Source: Sphyrna mokarran
Lineage: Eukaryota
Assembly (NCBI GenBank): GCA_024679065.1
Contig: JAGIQG010000013.1
Span: 33,108,001-33,172,000 of the forward strand
Direction: 5' to 3'
DNA: 64,000 nt
Position numbers and translations under genes: made by a program. The first letter of the stretch is position 1, and each line of letters starts with the position of its first letter. The notes under the pieces were generated by a model. It was given only the letters and a program-made list of their open reading frames with translations, had not been told where the DNA came from and made no database searches. Positions 48,821 through 62,039 of this stretch are shown piece by piece.

Positions 48821-50224
48821 AGAAGGGAACTTCCAGATGATAGTGTTCCCAGGTATCTTTTCAATGGTAGTGATCATCTCTTTGTGAGGTAGTTCCTGAG
48901 GAGCCATAGTGAGTTCCTACACTGCATCTTGTAGATGGTAGGAAGTGTTGCCATTTATGACAGTGGTGGAGGAGTGAAGGTTTATGGATGAGGTGCCAAT
49001 CAAGTGGGCTACTTTGTCCTGGATGGTGTCAAGCTAACTGAGTTATTTTGCACCCTGTACTCCTCCAGTCAAGTGAAGATTATTCCCGGCATGTGCCTTG
49101 TAGATTGTGGACAGGCTTTTGGGAGTCAGGAAATGAGTTACTCACGACAGGTTTTCAAGCCTCTGATTTGCTTTTGTTGCCACAGTATTAATATGGCTCG
49201 TCCAATTAATTTTTTGGTCAATGGTAAACTTTGTGATCTTCTTCTGCTTTATCTAGCCATACATCTTCATTTATTTTGAAACTTCAAGTTGTTCCTTTCA
49301 CTCATTGGTATCTGCTCATTCATCTTTGCACTTTGAATCCCTGTCTAGTTTCCCCTTATCTTTACTCTTTCCCTGCTTTGGAAAACCACCTCAAAACCCT
49401 CTCCTCAACCAAGCTATTTTTTTCTACTCTTTTTCTCCCCATTTTTTACCTATTCAATATCTAATGTTTACTTTCTTTCTATTGAACTTGTGTAAAAACT
49501 GGAGTAAATCACGCTGATTTTGTCAGCGGGAGTTTCAAAAAGAATCTTCCGGACCCTGCAGAGTGCAGTAGCATAAATCAGTCAAAAATTAGGGGGTGAG
49601 GCCTATTCCGACTGAAGAAGTTGGCAGCATAGCACTGAGCGGGTTGCTGCGGATGTGCTGATCTGTCAGCACTGAGATCTACATATGCGTAGTAGGCCTG
49701 CCTGCTGGTCTCTCAATCGCTGACCAGCTCCGCGGCCCCCATATCGCCAGACATACTATCCCTATCATCAGTCATACAACCTCCCTCATGGCCATATCAC
49801 TAACCCCACCCCCTGAACATGTCTAGGCCAGCCTCAACACCCATCCCCGCTGGCCTGCCTCAAGCTCCAGCTCCAATACCCTTCAGTATGTGATGAAAAC
49901 AATAGAAATGTAAGATAATGTTTTGGAATTAAAAAAATCTTATAATATCATTGTTACAGAAAGAGCAAATGAATAAATTGGCATCTTCAGCTACCTGGAT
50001 TTCATGACTGTGTGTCTTCAATGAAAGGAGGAACTGGATTATATTGTCAGTGTAATTTTGAATCTGTGCTGTCTCAGCTGCTGGCAGCACATACTTGAAA
50101 TTTCAATGTCCTTTCCCTACGATTTTCCAACCATTGATTGAACAATGTGGATGCTTGATTTTCTGATATGTATTAAAAGTGGGCAAGGTTTACTGTCAGC
50201 AATATGGTTCCATAAAATAACAGT

Positions 50225-50742
50225 GGGCAGAATTTATTGAGAAGTGGTGGTTTCCTCTCACCGCCCAACCAGTTGCCTCAGCCATTTAAAACTCTGAGAG
50301 CTATTAACTGGCTAGAGGCAGTATATCTGTCCCTCATACAGGAGAAAGCTTTACCTCAGAACTGCCAGTCAACTTGATTGGTCAAAGCTCTGTAAGTCCT
50401 AGCAATACCATCAGCTAAATTAGGAAAGGAGACCAGTGTTTGAGGGTCTCCTCCTCCCCATGGCTTTGCCTATCCAAGGCCTAAGTAGGATGACTTGATG
50501 GGCTTCCATCCTATCACTGACCTCCTCTCGCCAACCTTATAACGGAGGCCAGGTCGTAAGTGGTCCTTAAGTGGCCATTACTTAGCCACTTAAGGTTAGA
50601 TGAACTAACCTAGGCCACTCCCTCCCTCTTTAAAATTGCAGACAGTTCAGATTGGCAAGAAAGCAACAGCAAGGGCACCCAGGGAATTTCATGGCTTCTC
50701 CTGCCAGCAAACCAGTTGGCAGGAGCCCATTAAATTCTGTTC
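50225..50742. mobile_element. ~520-bp non-autonomous DNA element
   Basis: Inverted termini gggcagaattta...taaattctgttcc; related elements at ~24065-24775 and ~61300-61492. Confidence 0.55.
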
Positions 50743-51040
50743 CTTGTCTACCTTTAAATCTAACCTGGGCAAATATCAGAAAATGCAATATTGTCATGGT
50801 AATATATAAGACTAGTTAAGGGCTGTCACTCTTCAATCGTATTTTCACTGTAATTAACTATATTTCTACCTTTGTAGTCATTTTATTCATTTTGCCTCTT
50901 TCATTCCTTTATAAGGATTTCAAACTGTATCATCAGCCGGACAACATGTTAAATCCCGACTTAACATGTTGGGATTAGGTGGTATAATACCAGGACAAAT
51001 AGGGGAACTATAACACAAAAAGAATTGAACCCTGCTAGAC

Positions 51041-51232
51041 CTGGAAATGATTTTCTTCAGGATCCATGACCTCACAAATGACCTGTGAAGTATTTCTCAT
51101 AAAGTAGGCACCGGGTAGCAGTTCCATATCGCTGATAATTGGGTGTGCTAGGATAATATCATTTGTTTCTGATGTGTACACAGCACAGCCATCACGATCA
51201 ATTAAAAGGCATCCAAAACTTGCTGGAAAAAT
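51041..51232 (-). CDS. SPAG17: SPAG17 exon (192 nt, phase 0-0): IFPASFGCLLIDRDGCAVY...GAYFMRNTSQVICEVMDPEENHFQ
   Basis: gcatttcag| acceptor, CAG|gtctag donor; VICEV.DPE.N.FQ motif. Confidence 0.93.
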
Positions 51233-51840
51233 CTGAAATGCAAACAGCAGATAGAAGTAAAATTGGCAGAGATTACATTATTTAAATATCCCTGACCTAT
51301 GAGGAACTTTGTTCTACTCAATCCAAAGAGTAGCAATTTACATCCATAACCAAATTTAGCTACAGTCAATAAAAGGGTATCAAGACTCCAACTGATTAAC
51401 TGAAAAATAAAAGATTAACTGATGCATTGAATACTTGGAGAACTTTTTAGAGACCATTAGGTATAAAAACCCTCAAAAAGTATATTTTGACAAAAGAAAA
51501 TCAAAATTTGCATCCCCTGAATTGTTTTTTTCGCTGCTATCAGAATCAAGTCTGATACTGTGCTATCCTTAAGCATATGATTGAAATGAAGGCCTAGCAA
51601 GGCTGCATGCACCTTATCAAGTCAGTGGCAGAATCAAGGAAAGTTTGCCCAGTGTCTTTATTTGTTTGTTACTCTTGTATTAGGGATACTAGATGTGGCT
51701 CCAGAGGCAGCTTGCTGATTTGTAGAAGCAAGGTTGTGACCAATTCTGATTTTAATGTGGAACCCAGAAGAGTATTTCAGTACCAAAAGACTTCAAGACT
51801 GCTGATTTGGCTGCCAAGTTCCTAAGAAGGCTAAAAATAT

Positions 51841-52020
51841 CTTTTGGCTACGACCAAATGACAGATCAAGCCCAAAAAGGAGTGCAATGCCTTATTTTGT
51901 CAGCCTGAATCTTGTTTGTGTCTCTTATGGGGACCATGAATTGGAATCAATTGGATTTTGAGTTTGGTTTTTGGAGTAAGAAAGAAATGGATTTGGGTTC
52001 ACTGTGCTCTTTCGAGCACC
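51841..52020 (+). repeat. U2-snRNA-headed interspersed repeat, copy B
   Basis: 51841-51860 matches U2 nt 14-33 at 17/20; followed by a body homologous to copy A (ggggaccatgaattgga core). Confidence 0.7.
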
Positions 52021-52571
52021 AGAATAAGGTAAGTAAAATGTTACAACTTGCCTTTCAGGAAATACTTTTGACTGTCATATGCCTGAGAAAACTGGGTGAA
52101 ACATGCATGATGCATGTTGCAGTCAGTCCTGAAGCATTTCCAAAAGGGGTCTAAAACCATGAATTAGATTTTCAATTTGCATATACTTATGCAAAAAGCC
52201 TTTATCAATATTGCAGGTGGTGTACTTCCAGTGTGGAATGTGAATACACCACACCCACAACATTGGATGCTGTTTTATGCTTATATAAACAGCGCAGTGC
52301 CAATGAAGTTGCATGCCACAGCCTGTTTAGCTAATCTTTTTCCTGTCAGACTTACATTATTGCACACATAGCAAATGACAATCTGCATGCATAAAGGTAA
52401 GATTTTACACTAAATGCAGCTCTAAGAGCAGCCATTGTGGTATCATCCTAACTATCCTGAAATTTCAAGACTGACTACAAAGCATTCATTAGCCTTCTTT
52501 TGAAGAGTTGAGAAATAATTCAAATGTGTCCTAATCACTTACTCTTGAAAGTAAAGACAGAATAAACTTGA

Positions 52572-52835
52572 ATCATAGAATCCTACAATACAGAAGGAGG
52601 CCATTTGGCCCATAGAGTCTGCACTAACCACAATCTCACCCAAGCCTTATCCCCATTAACCCCTGACACTAAGGGGCAATTTAGCACAGCCAATCTACCT
52701 AACTTGCACTTCTCTGGATTGTAGGAAGAAACGGAGAGAATGCAAACTCCACAGGGACAGTGACTCAAACCGAGAATCAAACCCAGGTCTGTGGCACTGT
52801 GAGGCAACAGTACTACCAACTGTCACCGTGCTGCC
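52572..52835 (-). mobile_element. HE1-like tRNA SINE
   Basis: Reverse complement of the SINE family. Confidence 0.85.
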
Positions 52836-53024
52836 TGTGAACTGAATGTATTATTTAAAGCATTACTATCACTGTGTACATTACCATTATCTATCTTTTT
52901 CAGAAACAACAAGTTTTCAGGGGCACTCAAATGGAACTAAATCAAGCTGCATTACTGAGTAGAATTTTTCCCTTGATTAAGTGTTCATATTAATAAAAGA
53001 ACATTAATATAATTGCTGTATTAC

Positions 53025-53179
53025 CTGGTACATCCCATGTGGTTTGGCGATAATTGTTGTACTGTTCCCAAACACTGTACTAAATGTGTAGTCTTCCCAG
53101 TTCATTATAACAGTAGCAAATCCCTCACACTCTATCTTTATGAATTTAACATGCCTAGTCACATCATGTGGTTTTTTCT
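53025..53179 (-). CDS. SPAG17: SPAG17 exon (155 nt, phase 1-0): EKKPHDVTRHVKFIKIECEGFATVIMNWEDYTFSTVFGNSTTIIAKPHGMYQ
   Basis: ttgttcacag| acceptor, CAG|gtaata donor; lies within ORF 53004..53237; FG..TTIIAKP.G.YQ motif. Confidence 0.94.
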
Positions 53180-53284
53180 CTGTGAACAAAATGCACCACT
53201 TAAAAACTTTCTTAAACTTCTGTTTAATCATCAACATCCAAATTTTACATCAGTTCTCATTACCTAAACATGACTAGAAATTAT

Positions 53285-53925
53285 AAGAACAAGAGTAAAG
53301 AAAATGCACAGGAACAGGACCTCTGCATTGACCATGTTGCCTGAGTTAACTAAAACTTCTACTTATCCGGGGATCATATCTTTCTATTCCCATGCTATTC
53401 TTTTATTTGTCCAGATACCCCTTAAGGGCCACTATTGTACTTGCTTCCATTACTTTTCCTGGCAGCAAGTTCCAGGCACCCATCACGCTCTGTAAAAACT
53501 TGCCTCGTACATTTCTTTTAAACCTTGCCCCCTGCACCTTAAACCTATATCCCCTAATAATTGACTCTTCCACTCTAGGAAAAATCTTCTCAATATTCAC
53601 TCTGTCCATGCCCCTCATAATTTTGTAGACTTTTATCAGGTCGTCCCTCAACCTCAATTGTTTCAGTGTGAACAAACCAAGTTTCTTCATTCTCTCCTCA
53701 TAGCTAATGTCCTCCACATCAAGCAACATTCTGGTGAATCTTTTTTGTATGCTCTCCAAAGCCTCCACATTCTTCTGGTAATGTGGCGACCAGAATTGAA
53801 CATTCTATTCTAAGTGCGACCTAACTAAAGTTCTATAAAGCTGCGACATAATTTGTCAATTTTTAAACTTAGTCTCCCGGCTGATGAAGACAGGAATACT
53901 GTATGCGTTCTTCACTACTTTTTCC
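53285..53925 (-). mobile_element. CR1 LINE 3' fragment
   Basis: ORF ALESIQKRFTRML...LGLFTLKQLRLRDDLIKVYKIMRG. Confidence 0.9.
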
Positions 53926-55034
53926 ACCTATTTTGTGGCTTACAGGAGGGGTTCTATCCTTTGCTGTATGGATTTTGAGAGTGGTAGGATTTTTGAGCTC
54001 CAACCCAACCCTGATCCATTTTTCTGTGAATCCCACTGAATTTCAACCCAGGCATTCAGTGGGACTCCCATCTCCAGTATCTTACATAGTTTTGTGAACT
54101 GAATTTATCCTTGATGCTCTCCTCTGAAATCACTGAACCTCTTTCTGCAGTAAATATAAGACCTAGATACAGGTACATTACATTGTGCTGCTGGTGTCCA
54201 TTCTGATGAAAGGGCATTAACCTGGAAATGTTTACTCATGTTTCTCTGCATCGATGTTGTGTACCTAATGGTATTTCCAGCATTGTTTTGTTTTTATTTC
54301 AGGTTTCCATCATCTGCAGTATTTTATGTTTTCATTGCGCTTTTGGGATTGTTTACATGGGGCACGATTGCTTTTTCCCTCCCCTGACTTTGTCCACTAA
54401 AATCTCCAAGCAGATATCACAACTACAGGGGGCAGATATTCTAGTAATTCATTTAAAACATGCATCCCCAATTTAAATATGTCTCGTGAGCTATGTCAGA
54501 AATTGTGCATTACCGGTGATCAAAGTGCCAGATTCCCTCTGCGATTGGTCAGGCAATCCATCCGTAAAATGAAACCTAAGATTTTAAATTGCCTAGGCCT
54601 CATGATAGTAATCTCATAAGTGTTTTGCTGCCTATCCCTCTCCTCACCAATCTGATTCATCACAGTTAAAATCAGCCTTGAAATTTATTCAGCCATAAAC
54701 TGAGAAATTCAGCTTAATTTCAGAAACAAATTGCCTGAAAAAAGTATTATCCAAAATTTGCTGAATAAGTAATGGTCCCTGAATGATGCCACCATTATTC
54801 ATGTGAAAATCAACTAGCAACTTGTGCTGCGATAAAGGTACTTTGTGAATTACAAGTCATTACAAGTTAGTGACTCATTATTGTTATTCTGCCTTTAGAT
54901 TAGTAAAAACAGAATTTCAGCTTTAACCTCTCCATTTCATGAAGTTGCTGTGTTTGTATATTAATTGCTGATTACAAATGAACAGAAAATATAATAATTA
55001 GCATTGTAAGCATCCTTCCCATGATATGATCATT

Positions 55035-55422
55035 GTTAGAAGTCTGACAACACCAGGTTTAAATCCAACCGATTTATTTGATAGTAAACTCACAAGCTTT
55101 TGACCCTATGGTCTCTGTCAGGTGAATGAAGTGTTCTGGTCTCCAACAGCACACATAACAGCACACACTGTTTACAGATAACTGATCAGAATGCAAATCT
55201 TTACACCTAACCTGCTATTCAAGTCTTAAAGTGGCTAACAATGTGAGTGGAAGGAGCACTGAGCACAGGTTAAAGAGATGTATATTATCTCCAGACAGCA
55301 CAGTAAGTGAAGTTTTTTTGCTAACCCAGGCAAGTCATGGGGATTACAGATAGTGTGACATAAAGCCATGATCCCTGTTAAGACTGTGTTTACCCCAGTC
55401 CAACGCCGGCATCTCTACATCA
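55035..55422 (-). mobile_element. Penelope pLTR fragment
   Basis: Reverse complement of ~900-1265. Confidence 0.8.
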
Positions 55423-56851
55423 TGATCATTGTTAACAGCTATCAACCTTTCATGACAGAAAATGAACAACTAAATAAGGAATATCATTATTACAGGTTGC
55501 AATTTGTTAAAAATGCCAAAATCTAAACTTAACATTTTCATTCAATTCCTTTCTATTCCTTATTCCACTGCGATAACGCAGTCTTTTTTCCTCTTCTTTC
55601 TGTACCTGATTTGACATTGAATTCCTTCACTTTAATTCCCTCTCAGTCTTTTATGTTTGTTTCTCAATCATTTAATCTCACTATTTGAGGAGACAGGGAG
55701 CTAAGTTTTCCAAACCTGCAGAGTTGGCGTTGTGTGGGTGTGAGGTGGGATGGGTGGGGAGGTGGGCAGAGTGGGTGATGGAGAGTAGGGGAGGGGAGAT
55801 GTAATTCTAAAATCTGATCAACTGACTTCAGACTGGCTGCACAATGTGTTCTTGCCTCTGTGCACTTTTTCTGGACGTGTACGCCTAGCAGAGGCTTATC
55901 CACATGACAGCAATAAAACTTCTTTTATGGAAATTGAGTAATTTTTTTGCAATCGCATATGGGGCTCTTTATTGTGTAAGGAATTCTGAAATGAAGTGGA
56001 ATTGACATCACAACAGGAAGTCTAAGCTGTGATGCATTTGTGGCCTCTCAATTAAGTTGCTCGCAAAAACTCAAAGGAGTCAAATCTTCCAAAGCCTCTT
56101 CATGGAGAATGGTGTCTCTATTCAGGTAGCTTTTGCTGCAATGGCAGCCACTGGCCTCTTACTGAAGATGCCTGCATGGCTTCATTACTTCTTCTGTTGC
56201 TTACCCTTCCACACTGTGAAGGAGACTGATGGCTCTTCCTGTGGACAGTGCCAAAGACTGGAACCTGACAACCATACCGAAAGAACTTAATTGGCCACTC
56301 TGGGAAGACCACTTCCAGGCTCCCAATCCTGAATTGAAGCTGACATTATGATTTGCAACATACCAACATAGAAAACTTCAGCATAAGCAGTTTGTCCTGT
56401 AATTTGCCAAGATTGTTTAAAACCTAAACGTGCACGCTGTCTAACTGAAAACCTGTGCAAACTCTGAGTCATTAATAATTGATTTATTAACCTTTTTTGA
56501 ATTAATTTATAATTTCGTGCAAAACAAATTGCCTAATATGGCATGCACTATGAACAAATCTCCAATTTTATCATTTATGCACTACTTAAAGATTTTTTTA
56601 TTTTAGAGAAAAATATAGCCCCTGGGTTTCCAAGTAAATACTAGGAACACAAACCCATAAGGATAAGATGAATAATGTTAGTTTTTCTGTTTGAAATGAA
56701 TGTTACACTATCACAAACCTGAGCAATTGGACTGGAAATACTACAATATAGCAGAAATCAACAAGTCAATATATCAATGTTGGATCAAGGTACAAAAGGA
56801 ATTTCTGGGAAATTGAGAGAATGGTAAAAGTTAGCTATCCTATTTTCTTAC

Positions 56852-56990
56852 CGGATTCATATTGCATCTCGCATTCTGAGTTTGGGGTCTCCTTAAAGCA
56901 GGTTGTAATCCTGGTTCCATCGGCATGTTCCACTATAGTGCTGTCACTCCCAAAGATAGTAACTACCTTGTCCTGTCTTGTAATCATTAC
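56852..56990 (-). CDS. SPAG17: SPAG17 exon (139 nt, phase 0-1): VMITRQDKVVTIFGSDSTIVEHADGTRITTCFKETPNSECEMQYES
   Basis: atatag|GTA acceptor, G|gtaaga donor; conserved VEHADGTRITT motif. Confidence 0.94.
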
Positions 56991-58734
56991 CTATATTGCA
57001 AATTGATAGTTTATTAAAAGCATTTGCATCCCTATTCCATTTTTCCACACTTTGAACATGACAGTTGACATAATTCTGCCTTTCAGTTGCCTAAACTTGA
57101 AATATTAAGAATGTGAGAAATACATGATTGCAAGAAGTTACAATAAATAGAGCTTGCATTTAGCTTTTCTTAATTGAGAAATAGCTTACATAGTAGCAGG
57201 AATAAAGTTAAAGCAGATAGTAGGAATGAAACTGTACACTAAATAAAATGGTCAATGGTTTGATTTGTGCAATAGACAAGGAATAAATTAACGCAACTCT
57301 CAAGATCATGTGTGCCTTTGCCAGCCAAAACCATGTTTTGTTGTCACATAACAGAATGAAAGCTTTGATCAGATTATACTGAAGCCTATTAGTGTTCTAC
57401 TATTAGTCATTTCTCTTTCTTATTGTAGTGTTAACTTATAGCTTTTGCAGGGGGCTTAAAGGAATGCTAAAGCAACACTAGGCTACTGACTGAGGAATGA
57501 CACTGCAACAATGATCAGTTTCAGAATAAAATAATGAGTTTCAATTAAAGACTGCAATTAAATCATTACATATTTAGGTTAGCTATTGCTAGCGATAGGT
57601 TAGCAAAGGTTTTGGAAATATACATACTCTGAAGGTTGCAGGTGGATAACATTAGTGAAGCAAGAGAAAAGCAAAAAGAAGGGTCAATACTTGAACTGGT
57701 TTATTAATAAAGAAAATCTAAGAATAAGGACAGAAGAAGCAAGGACTCTGAACAGTAATGAAAAGAATGAAAAATGATGAAGTAGCAAGATGAGATGCCA
57801 GTGGGAGCACAGACCTGCTTCAGTGAATATAGGGTACAATAATTCTTTTGCAGTGCAGTGGGTCGGGAAACTCCAGTGGAGGCCATTTCATGGGTTCCCT
57901 GCTGGGTTCCATGGTTTGCGTGTGTCTCCGGCAGCCGGATTTCCAGCGCCATAGAACTGCAAGGAGTGGGGGATAATCAGTGAGAGAAGCGGAGGAAATC
58001 AGGAGATTGAGTTTGTGGGAGGGTGGAGTGGGGTTAAGGTTGGCCTGGGCATATTCAGGGGGCCAACAACTGGAGGACGGGGGGACGGGTAAGGGTGTTG
58101 CATCACTAGCAATGTGGGGATAGCAGGGCTGGCCACCAATCAAGAAGCTGGCAGGTAGGGATCACTGTGCATGCGCAGATTCAACGCTGATAGATCGACG
58201 CATGCACAGTGGCCCGCTCATAGCTTTTTAGAGTCACTCCAGTTTTCACGCAAATTCGACATTTAGAATTTTTTTGGAAGAATCTTCGCTATAGTGTCCA
58301 TTGTGTTCTGATAAGGTGCTCTTTTGGAGAGTTGGTGAAGACACAATGGGAATGGCTCCTTTTTTGTTATACAGATTCCATAGATCTTATGGAGAGTTAC
58401 GTGATAGAAATGTATTGCTGAAACTGCAAGGAAGTATCTACAAGGCAATTATGAGACTGACCTTATATAATGTACAAACTTGGACAACATCAAGAAAAGA
58501 GGAAAATGACTAGTAGGAGGTGATTCTCCCAAAAGTGTTGAATTGGCGGGAAAACTGTTCTAAGTTGCAATTGTTCTGACAGTTCAGTCTCTCACCCGAA
58601 TTTCCGCAGTCTGTGCACTGAAGAGGTCTAAGTCATGAATCCCATTAGAATCCTTGAGGAGAGGGGATCTATTCACACCAGAGTTTGATAGTTCTAGAAC
58701 TCTGAGCATGCATCATGGCTCGAAACTGTTAAAC

Positions 58735-60520
58735 TCCCATTTACCTTTTGCCATCTAGAAAAAACATTTATCCCAACTCTCCACCTTCTGTCCATCAGCC
58801 AGTTACCTATCCAAGCTAATAAATTTACTCCTAATCCCATGTGGTCTGACCTTGTGAAAAATCTTTTTATGCGGCATCTTATCAAATACCTTCTGGAAGT
58901 CCAGATATACTACATCTACAGGACCTCCATTATCCAATTTACTTGTCAGGTCTTTGAAGAATTCTAGCAAATTAGTCAAACATGATTTGTCTTTTATAAA
59001 ACCATGCTGATCTGATGGATAGTGTTTTGACTTTGTCATAGTCACAGTCATAGAGTCATTGAGGTTTATAGCATGGAAACAGTCCTTCAACCCAACTTGT
59101 CCATGCTGCCCTTTTTTTTAAACCCCTAAGCTAATCCCAATTGCCCGCATTTGGCCCATATTCCTCTATATCCATGTAACTATCTAAATGCTTTTTAAAA
59201 GATAAAATTGTACCCTACCTCTACTACTACCTTTGGCAGCTTGTTCCAGATACTCACCACCCTCTATGTGAAAAAAATTGCTCATCTGGACATTTTTGTA
59301 TCTCTCCCTATCACCTTAAACTGATATCCTGTAGTTTTAGACTCCCCTATCTTTGGGAAAAGATATTGACTATCTAGCTGATCTGTGCCCCTCATTATTT
59401 TGTAGACTTCAGCTTCTTATGCTCCAGAGAAAAAAGTCCCTGTCTATCAAGCCACTCCTTATAACTCAATCCATCAAGTCCTGGTAGCATCCTAGAAAAT
59501 TTTTCTGCACTCTTTCTAGTTTAATAATCATCTGCAAACTTACTAACCATGCTTTCTATATTCTCATCCAAATCATTAATATAAATGATAAATAACAGTG
59601 GACTCAGCACTGATTCCTGAGGCACACCACTGGTCACAGGCCTCCAGTTTGAAAAACAATTCTCTACAACCACTCTCTGGCTTCTGTCAAGAAGCAATTT
59701 TATATCCATTTAGATACTTCACCCTGGATCCTGTGGGATTTAACCTTATGCAATAACCTACCATGGGTACCTTATCAAAGGCCTTGCTAAATTCAGTGAA
59801 GACAACATCAACTGCATTCCCTCATCTACCTTCTTGATTACACCTTCAAAAAAAACTTAAATCAAATTTGTAAGATATGATTTTCACTCACAAAATCATG
59901 CTGACCGTCCCTAATCAGTAATTGCTTTTCTAAATGACTGTCGATCCTGTCTCTCAAAATACCTTTGAACAATTTACCCACCACACATGTGAGGCTCACT
60001 GGCTTTTCCCTGCAGTCTTTTTTAAACAAAGGCACAACATTTGCCACTCTCCAATCTTCAGACACCTCACCCGTGACTATCGATGATTCAAATATCTCAG
60101 CTAGGAGACCTGCAATTTCCTCCCTAGCCTCCCACAATGTCCTGACTTTCCAAATGTCCTGATGTTGTTCCCTTGATAATTGCTTCTAACACTTTCCCAA
60201 CAACAGATGTCAAACTAACTAGTCTGTAATTTCCTACTTTTTGCCTCCCTTCCTTTTTGAATAAATAATTAGCATTTTTCCAATCCATTGGAAGGGAATT
60301 TTGGAACATTTTAACCAATGAATCTACAATCTCTGCCGCCACATCCTTTAATACCTTAGGACGTAGGCCATCGGGGCCATGGAATTTCTCTGCCTCAATC
60401 CCAATAGTTTGCTGACTGCATACCTTTTGCATAGCGATGTTGATTGTTCTAAGTTTTATCCTTTCTATTATCTCTGATTTGCCTGTAAGAATGATACTAA
60501 TGTCTTCCATTGTGAAAACT
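58735..60520 (-). mobile_element. CR1 RT fragment (58735-59034 and 60143-60520) with a second CR1 (~59040-60142) nested inside it
   Basis: RT peptides on both sides join across the insert; tgacttt repeated at 59028-59034 and 60143-60149. Confidence 0.88.
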
Positions 60521-60933
60521 GATTAATTTCTTTACCACTTGTAGCCAATTTGTGTCTGGTAACTAGCAACATCTAGATTCCAACTCAATTAGCCTCCTAT
60601 GTACATGTAATGTCTGAACAAATGGCTGAGAATGTCAGATCAAGACCTCTTTATCAGTGCTGTTCTATCTCTCTTCCTCCTGAGCTCCTGTGATCAGTGT
60701 AAAAGATCAGAATATTTTTATACTCTTTGTATTTTTATAGTTTGTTATGAATTCCCTTTTATGTGCATTTTGTGTGAGCTCTTGGTAGATGAAGGGTTAA
60801 TTTTATATGTGTAAGGAAATATTGCTTAAGTGACTTGAGTTGAAGCAGCATCACACTATATCAGGAAAGCTCAGGTTTAAAAGCCAAAACATTACAAATG
60901 GATTTATGCAAGTGAAAAAGATAGTATGCTTAC

Positions 60934-61133
60934 TTCTCCAGTTTCTGGATCTGTGGCTTTGTAAACTAAAATCGGTTTTACGTCCAACTTCTCCATCCCT
61001 TTGGTTCCTATAGATAAACCTATTGGAGTGGTTGTTATCCAAGTACCAGGTTGAATTTCTGGTTGTCGATGCATTTGCATTGGAGACCGTTCACTAATAG
61101 TTGGTGTGGAATTCCCTCTTTGATTATACTTCC
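60934..61133 (-). CDS. SPAG17: SPAG17 exon (200 nt, phase 1-0): GKYNQRG...QPGTWITTTPIGLSIGTKGMEKLDVKPILVYKATDPETGE
   Basis: tttctttaag|GG acceptor, GAA|gtaagc donor; GTWxTTTP.G..IGTKG...ATDP motif. Confidence 0.92.
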
Positions 61134-61584
61134 CTTAAAGAAACAAATAAATGGTGTGAAAACCAGAAACATCTGTTCACAAACAACATTTTCTGGTAGT
61201 AGGAGACCAATCTATTCGCATATATTTCTGGTAATCCTGATGATTCTCGCATTATATTTTTTTCCACCAGTTCATTAAAAATGTAATTTTGCATCCAGTG
61301 GATGGGATTTTTCTCCCTGTCCGTGTGTGTTTGGTGGCAGTGGGGAAGTGGTGTGCCGCTTACTGACAGCAGGATATTGTAGTTCCGATGTTGTCAATGG
61401 GGTTGAACGCATCCCTTGGCATCAGGAAACCTGCAGTGGGGTGTCCCGTCAGTGGGATCGTAGCATGGGTGATTGGGGGGAAAGATTTCAACATAAGAGT
61501 CCACAAAGGTCTTCTGGCTGCTCGTTAAATACTTTCTGATATGATGATAGCACTAGTAACAAAAACAGGGAATAAAGGAGGGGA

Positions 61585-61890
61585 AAACAAAGAACAAAGA
61601 GAAGTACAGTACAGGAACAGGCCCTTTGACTTTCCAAGACTGCGCCAATCACGATGCCTGTCTTAACTAAAAGCATATGCACTTGTGGAGTCTGTATCCT
61701 TCCATTCCCATCCTATTCATGTGTTCATTTAGTTGTCCCTTAAATGAACCTGCTCTCATCACCTCCCCAGGCAACATGTTCCAGATATTCACCACTCTCT
61801 GTGCAAAACACTCGCCTCACACATCTCCTCTAACCTTTTCCCACACATCTTAAACATATGTCCTTTGTACTTAACTTTTCTACCTGAGAA
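61585..61890 (-). mobile_element. CR1 3' tail fragment
   Basis: (aacaaag)n tail; similar to 53285-53560. Confidence 0.7.
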
Positions 61891-62039
61891 ATTTGTTTTC
61901 AAACAGTTGGATATGCCACATTATGGCCTATCACATTATAGATATGATCCTCAATTTGAAATAATTTTCACAGTCCTAATAAACATTGAGATTTTACGTT
62001 GTCTTTCCAGAGCTCTTTATACAGGCCAGGTACATTGTG

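Larger units (their letters stand above)
2530..61133 (-). other. SPAG17: SPAG17 gene body (3' part, partial; continues beyond both ends of the window)
   Basis: 18 GT-AG exons splice into one open frame (2,500 nt). Peptides such as VEHADGTRITT, RFFVLHADGSGTELLR, PRKEKVKLP and FGVLQEGFTY..LKNVGIDTCR match vertebrate SPAG17 as I recall it, in the same order. Confidence 0.93.
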
